NCBI GenBank assembly: GCA_977017645.1
Contig: CDRNVU010000116.1
Span: 868,001 to 932,000 of the forward strand
DNA length: 64,000 nucleotides
Source: Torpedo marmorata
Lineage: Eukaryota
Direction: 5' to 3'
A program made the position numbers and the translations under genes. A model generated the notes under the pieces. It was not told the DNA's origin and made no database searches. It worked only from the letters and a program-made list of their open reading frames with translations. Shown piece by piece: positions 61,155 to 64,000 of the stretch. Position 1 is the first letter of the stretch. Every line of letters starts with the position of its first letter.

Positions 61155-62088
61155 GATAAGACATAGGAGCAGAAATAGGCTATTCAGCCCATTGAGTCTG
61201 CCCCGCCATTTAATCATAAGCTGATCCATTCATACCTTGATGAAGGCCTCAAGCCCGAAACGTCAGTTATGTATTTTTACCTTTGCTATATAAAGGACAC
61301 TGCTTGACCTGCTGAGTTTCTTCAGCTTTGTGTTTTTACTTCAACCACGGTGTCTGCAGATTTTCGTGTTTTACTTCCATTTTCCCCACTCAGCCCCACT
61401 GCCCGGCCTTCTTCCCATAACCTTTGATTCCCTGGCTAAACAAGAACCTATCAATCTTTGTCTTAAAAACACCCAATGACCTGGCTTCCAAAACCGTCTG
61501 TGGCAACAAATTCCACCCTCTGGCTGACGAAATTCCTACGCATCTCTGTTCTAAGTGGATGCCCTTTAATCCTGAAGTTGTGCCATCTTGTCCAAGACTC
61601 TCCCACCATGGGACACAACCTTTCAACATCTACTCTGTCCACGCCTTTCAACATTCGAAATGTTTCAATGAGATCACCCCCTCATTCTCCTAAATTCCGA
61701 CGAAAACAGGCCAAGAGCTGTCAAACGCTCCTCGTATGATAACACTTTTATTCCCGGAATCATCCTAGTGAACCTCCTTTGAACCCTCTCAACATCAGAC
61801 CATCCTTTCTTAAATGAGGAGCCCAAAACTGCGCACAATACTCCAAGTGAGGTCTCACCGGTGCCTTCTTGAGCATCAACATCATATCCCTGCTCTTGTA
61901 TTCTATTCCTCTTGAAATGAATGCCAGCATTGCATTTGCCGCCTTCATCACTGTCTCAACCTGCAAGTTTATCTTCAGGCGATCCTGCAAGAGGACTCCC
62001 AGGTCCCTTTGCATCTGGGTGTTTTCAATTTTCTCTCCATTTTAAAACAAAAATAGTATGCTCGTTTATTTTTTTCTACCAAAGTACA
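61155..62088 (-). mobile_element. CR1 3' fragment
   Basis: QRDLGVLL...VRPHLEYCAQFWAP; ATAAGAC tail; interrupted at 61231-61375 and at 62089. Confidence 0.88.
61231..61375 (+). mobile_element. Solo Penelope-like pLTR with minimal hammerhead motif
   Basis: CCTTGATGAAGGCCTCAAGCCCGAAACGTC at 61235-61264; flanked by TCCATT direct repeats; matches the right arm of 33313-33555. Confidence 0.8.
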
Positions 62089-62893
62089 TGTAAGAGCCAT
62101 AGGCTCACTACTTACCTGATGTTTTGGCCGCGGGCGCCGGCGGTGTCCCGGGGTCCGTGGGCCTCTACCATTAGGCTGCACGCGCGAGTGCCGCCACCGC
62201 TTGCGGAACTGGAGCGTGGCGGCGCTCGCGTGGTTGGTTCGGCGGCGGCGGCTTCGGCCGGGGCCGGCGTATCCATCAGTGCACATGCGCACTGATGGAC
62301 TGGGTCGACGCGTGCGCGGTTGTCTCGGCCCCGGCGGCGAGCGGTTGGAGCCGGGGCCAGCGCGTGTACTACGGAGCATGCGCGGGTGGGACCTGCGCGT
62401 TTAAATACAGGTTCCCCCGCGCGAGTTGGCAGTTGAAAACCTGAGGAGGGTGAGTTAGGTGTCGACAATTCCTGTCGACCGTTTTGACATTGTTTAGGAC
62501 ACGTTTGATACGTTTAGGATCGTTTGATATCGTTTAGGATACGTTTTGACATCGTTTAACATCGTTTAGGATTGTTTAACATCGTTTAGGATTGTTTAAC
62601 ATCGTTTAGGATCGTTTGATATTGTTTAGGATCGTTTAACATCGTTTAGGATCGTTTAACACTTTTTGGAACACGTTTTATGACCTTTTACATCGTTTTA
62701 GATCTTTTTACATTGTTTTACCTCACTTCAAGAAATGTTTGTATTGAAGTCACTTGAAGATTACTGCAAGTCAAATGTAAATAAAGGTTTATGAACATTT
62801 TGGACTTTGCTAGTAAATTAATGAAAACGCGTCGCAGACAAACACCTAACTTAGCCTCCAAGCGACTATTTTTTATTGGACGAAGTCGCTACA
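62089..62893 (+). repeat. Putative 5' LTR (CpG-rich U3, TATA-like 62400, ~20-bp tandem repeats 62480-62720, AATAAA 62780)
   Basis: TGTA...TACA termini; partner LTR is outside the window, so the 3' boundary is inferred. Confidence 0.6.
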
Positions 62894-63240
62894 TTAAGTC
62901 GACAGGAAAGGTCGCTGAAACGGAAAATAGGATAGGAAGGAGAAGCCAGGAGGGTCAGTGAGGTTTCCAGATACATAAGGACCACACTTAGCCTCCAGGT
63001 GACCAACGTTGGATCGAAGTCACCGCAATCTACATAGTCAATAAAGAGCTGGCTGTTTGGAACAGAAAATAGAAGGAAAGAAGATAAAAAAACTCGTTTG
63101 TGGATTGCAGCACATTACAGTCATTTGAAGTGGTTGGCATAAGTCTGTGGACTCCTTCTGTGTATCTTTAGTAAGTAAGAACACAGATTGGAATTGCTGC
63201 CGCTGGTCCATTGGGGACTGTTGTTTGACTGGTATTGTGT

Positions 63241-64000
63241 ATGCTTGAAGGAAAGAGGAACAAGACGAGTAAAATGGCCGCAGCAGCCTCTGATACAGCA
63301 GCTACTGATATATCAGCAGCTGACGCAGCAACCGCTGATGTTGCTGTTGTGGACCAACGTATTGAAGACATGAAGGTTACGGATATTAAAGAAGAATTGA
63401 AGCGACTGAAAAAGGACATAAGAGGAAATAAAAGGGTTCTTATCGAAAGATTGAAGCAGGCAAAGGATGAAGAGGCAGCTTCATTGAATGAACAAGAAGA
63501 TAACTTGGAAATGGCTGAAATTGTGTCAACAAATGATGAAGAAATTAAAGTGGTTAAAGATGCAAAGGATATACAATTTGAATTGGATAAAGAGGTAAGT
63601 ATGAAGACAGCATGTGAACTGCAGGACGAAATACAAGCAAGTGACAGTGTCTCAATTGCTGAAAGCAGGAGAAGCAAAAGAAGTTCTGGTTCGAGCTCCA
63701 GAGTTTCTCGTACTTCAAGTTATGCAAATATTGAAGTTAAATTGGCCGCTCTTCTTGCACAACAAAAAACGCTTAAGAATAAACATATTTTAGAACAAAA
63801 GGAGGAGCAGCTAAGACAAAAGGAGGAGCAGCTAAGACAAGAGAAGGAGCAGCTAAGGCAGATAAAAGAACAGCAGGAGCTGGAAGCAAACATTGCTATT
63901 GCCAAGGCAGAAAAGAAAGCAATAGAAGGCTCAATGGTATCTGGTACGAGCAGTAAATTATCTAAATTGTCTGATAATAAAGGGTCATATTTAAAAAAGG
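63241..64000 (+). CDS. BEL/Pao gag-like polyprotein N-terminus with SAP-like motif (partial; absent from the ORF track because it has no stop in the window)
   Basis: Uninterrupted frame from ATG 63241 (or 63274): MAAAASD...IEDMKVTDIKEELKRLKKDIRGNKRVLIERLKQA... Confidence 0.75.
   Translation, partial: MLEGKRNKTSKMAAAASDTAATDISAADAATADVAVVDQRIEDMKVTDIKEELKRLKKDIRGNKRVLIERLKQAKDEEAASLNEQEDNLEMAEIVSTNDEEIKVVKDAKDIQFELDKEVSMKTACELQDEIQASDSVSIAESRRSKRSSGSSSRVSRTSSYANIEVKLAALLAQQKTLKNKHILEQKEEQLRQKEEQLRQEKEQLRQIKEQQELEANIAIAKAEKKAIEGSMVSGTSSKLSKLSDNKGSYLKK

Larger units (their letters stand above)
62089..64000 (+). mobile_element. BEL/Pao LTR retrotransposon, 5' part (runs off window)
   Basis: Interrupts CR1 at TGTAAG; putative LTR, 5' UTR and open gag-like ORF with the fish BEL-type motif EIQASDSVS...KLAALLA...KHILEQKEEQL. 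Confidence 0.75.

Overview
Vertebrate nuclear DNA, most likely a cartilaginous fish (shark or ray), judged from HE1/V-SINE-type SINEs, CR1 LINEs and Penelope hammerhead palindromes. It contains nine consecutive internal coding exons of NCAPG2 (condensin II subunit G2) on the + strand, 8920-60265. They total 1278 nt (426 codons), all splice phases join in frame, and one donor is probably GC. The introns are largely nested transposable elements: a full-length CR1 interrupted by a full-length L1, which in turn holds a pogo MITE carrying an ~81 x 27-bp minisatellite and a second L1; a two-gene intron-containing Harbinger; a near-intact DD35D pogo (Passer/POGK-like); Tigger derivatives; CsRn1-like and Gmr1-like Gypsy elements; the 5' end of a BEL/Pao element with a SAP-like gag; Rex1/Babar-like LINEs; and many Penelope-like palindromes with minimal hammerhead motifs. 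No prokaryotic-type system is present and no wholly new system can be proven from the sequence alone. The best leads are the MITE-borne variant-coded minisatellite with its autonomous partner, a recurrent U3-variant hammerhead, an L1 fold-back palindrome, G4-associated L1 rearrangements including an unidentified hairpin insert, and an unclassified retroposon sharing a Rex1-like tail. All alignments and counts were done by eye.
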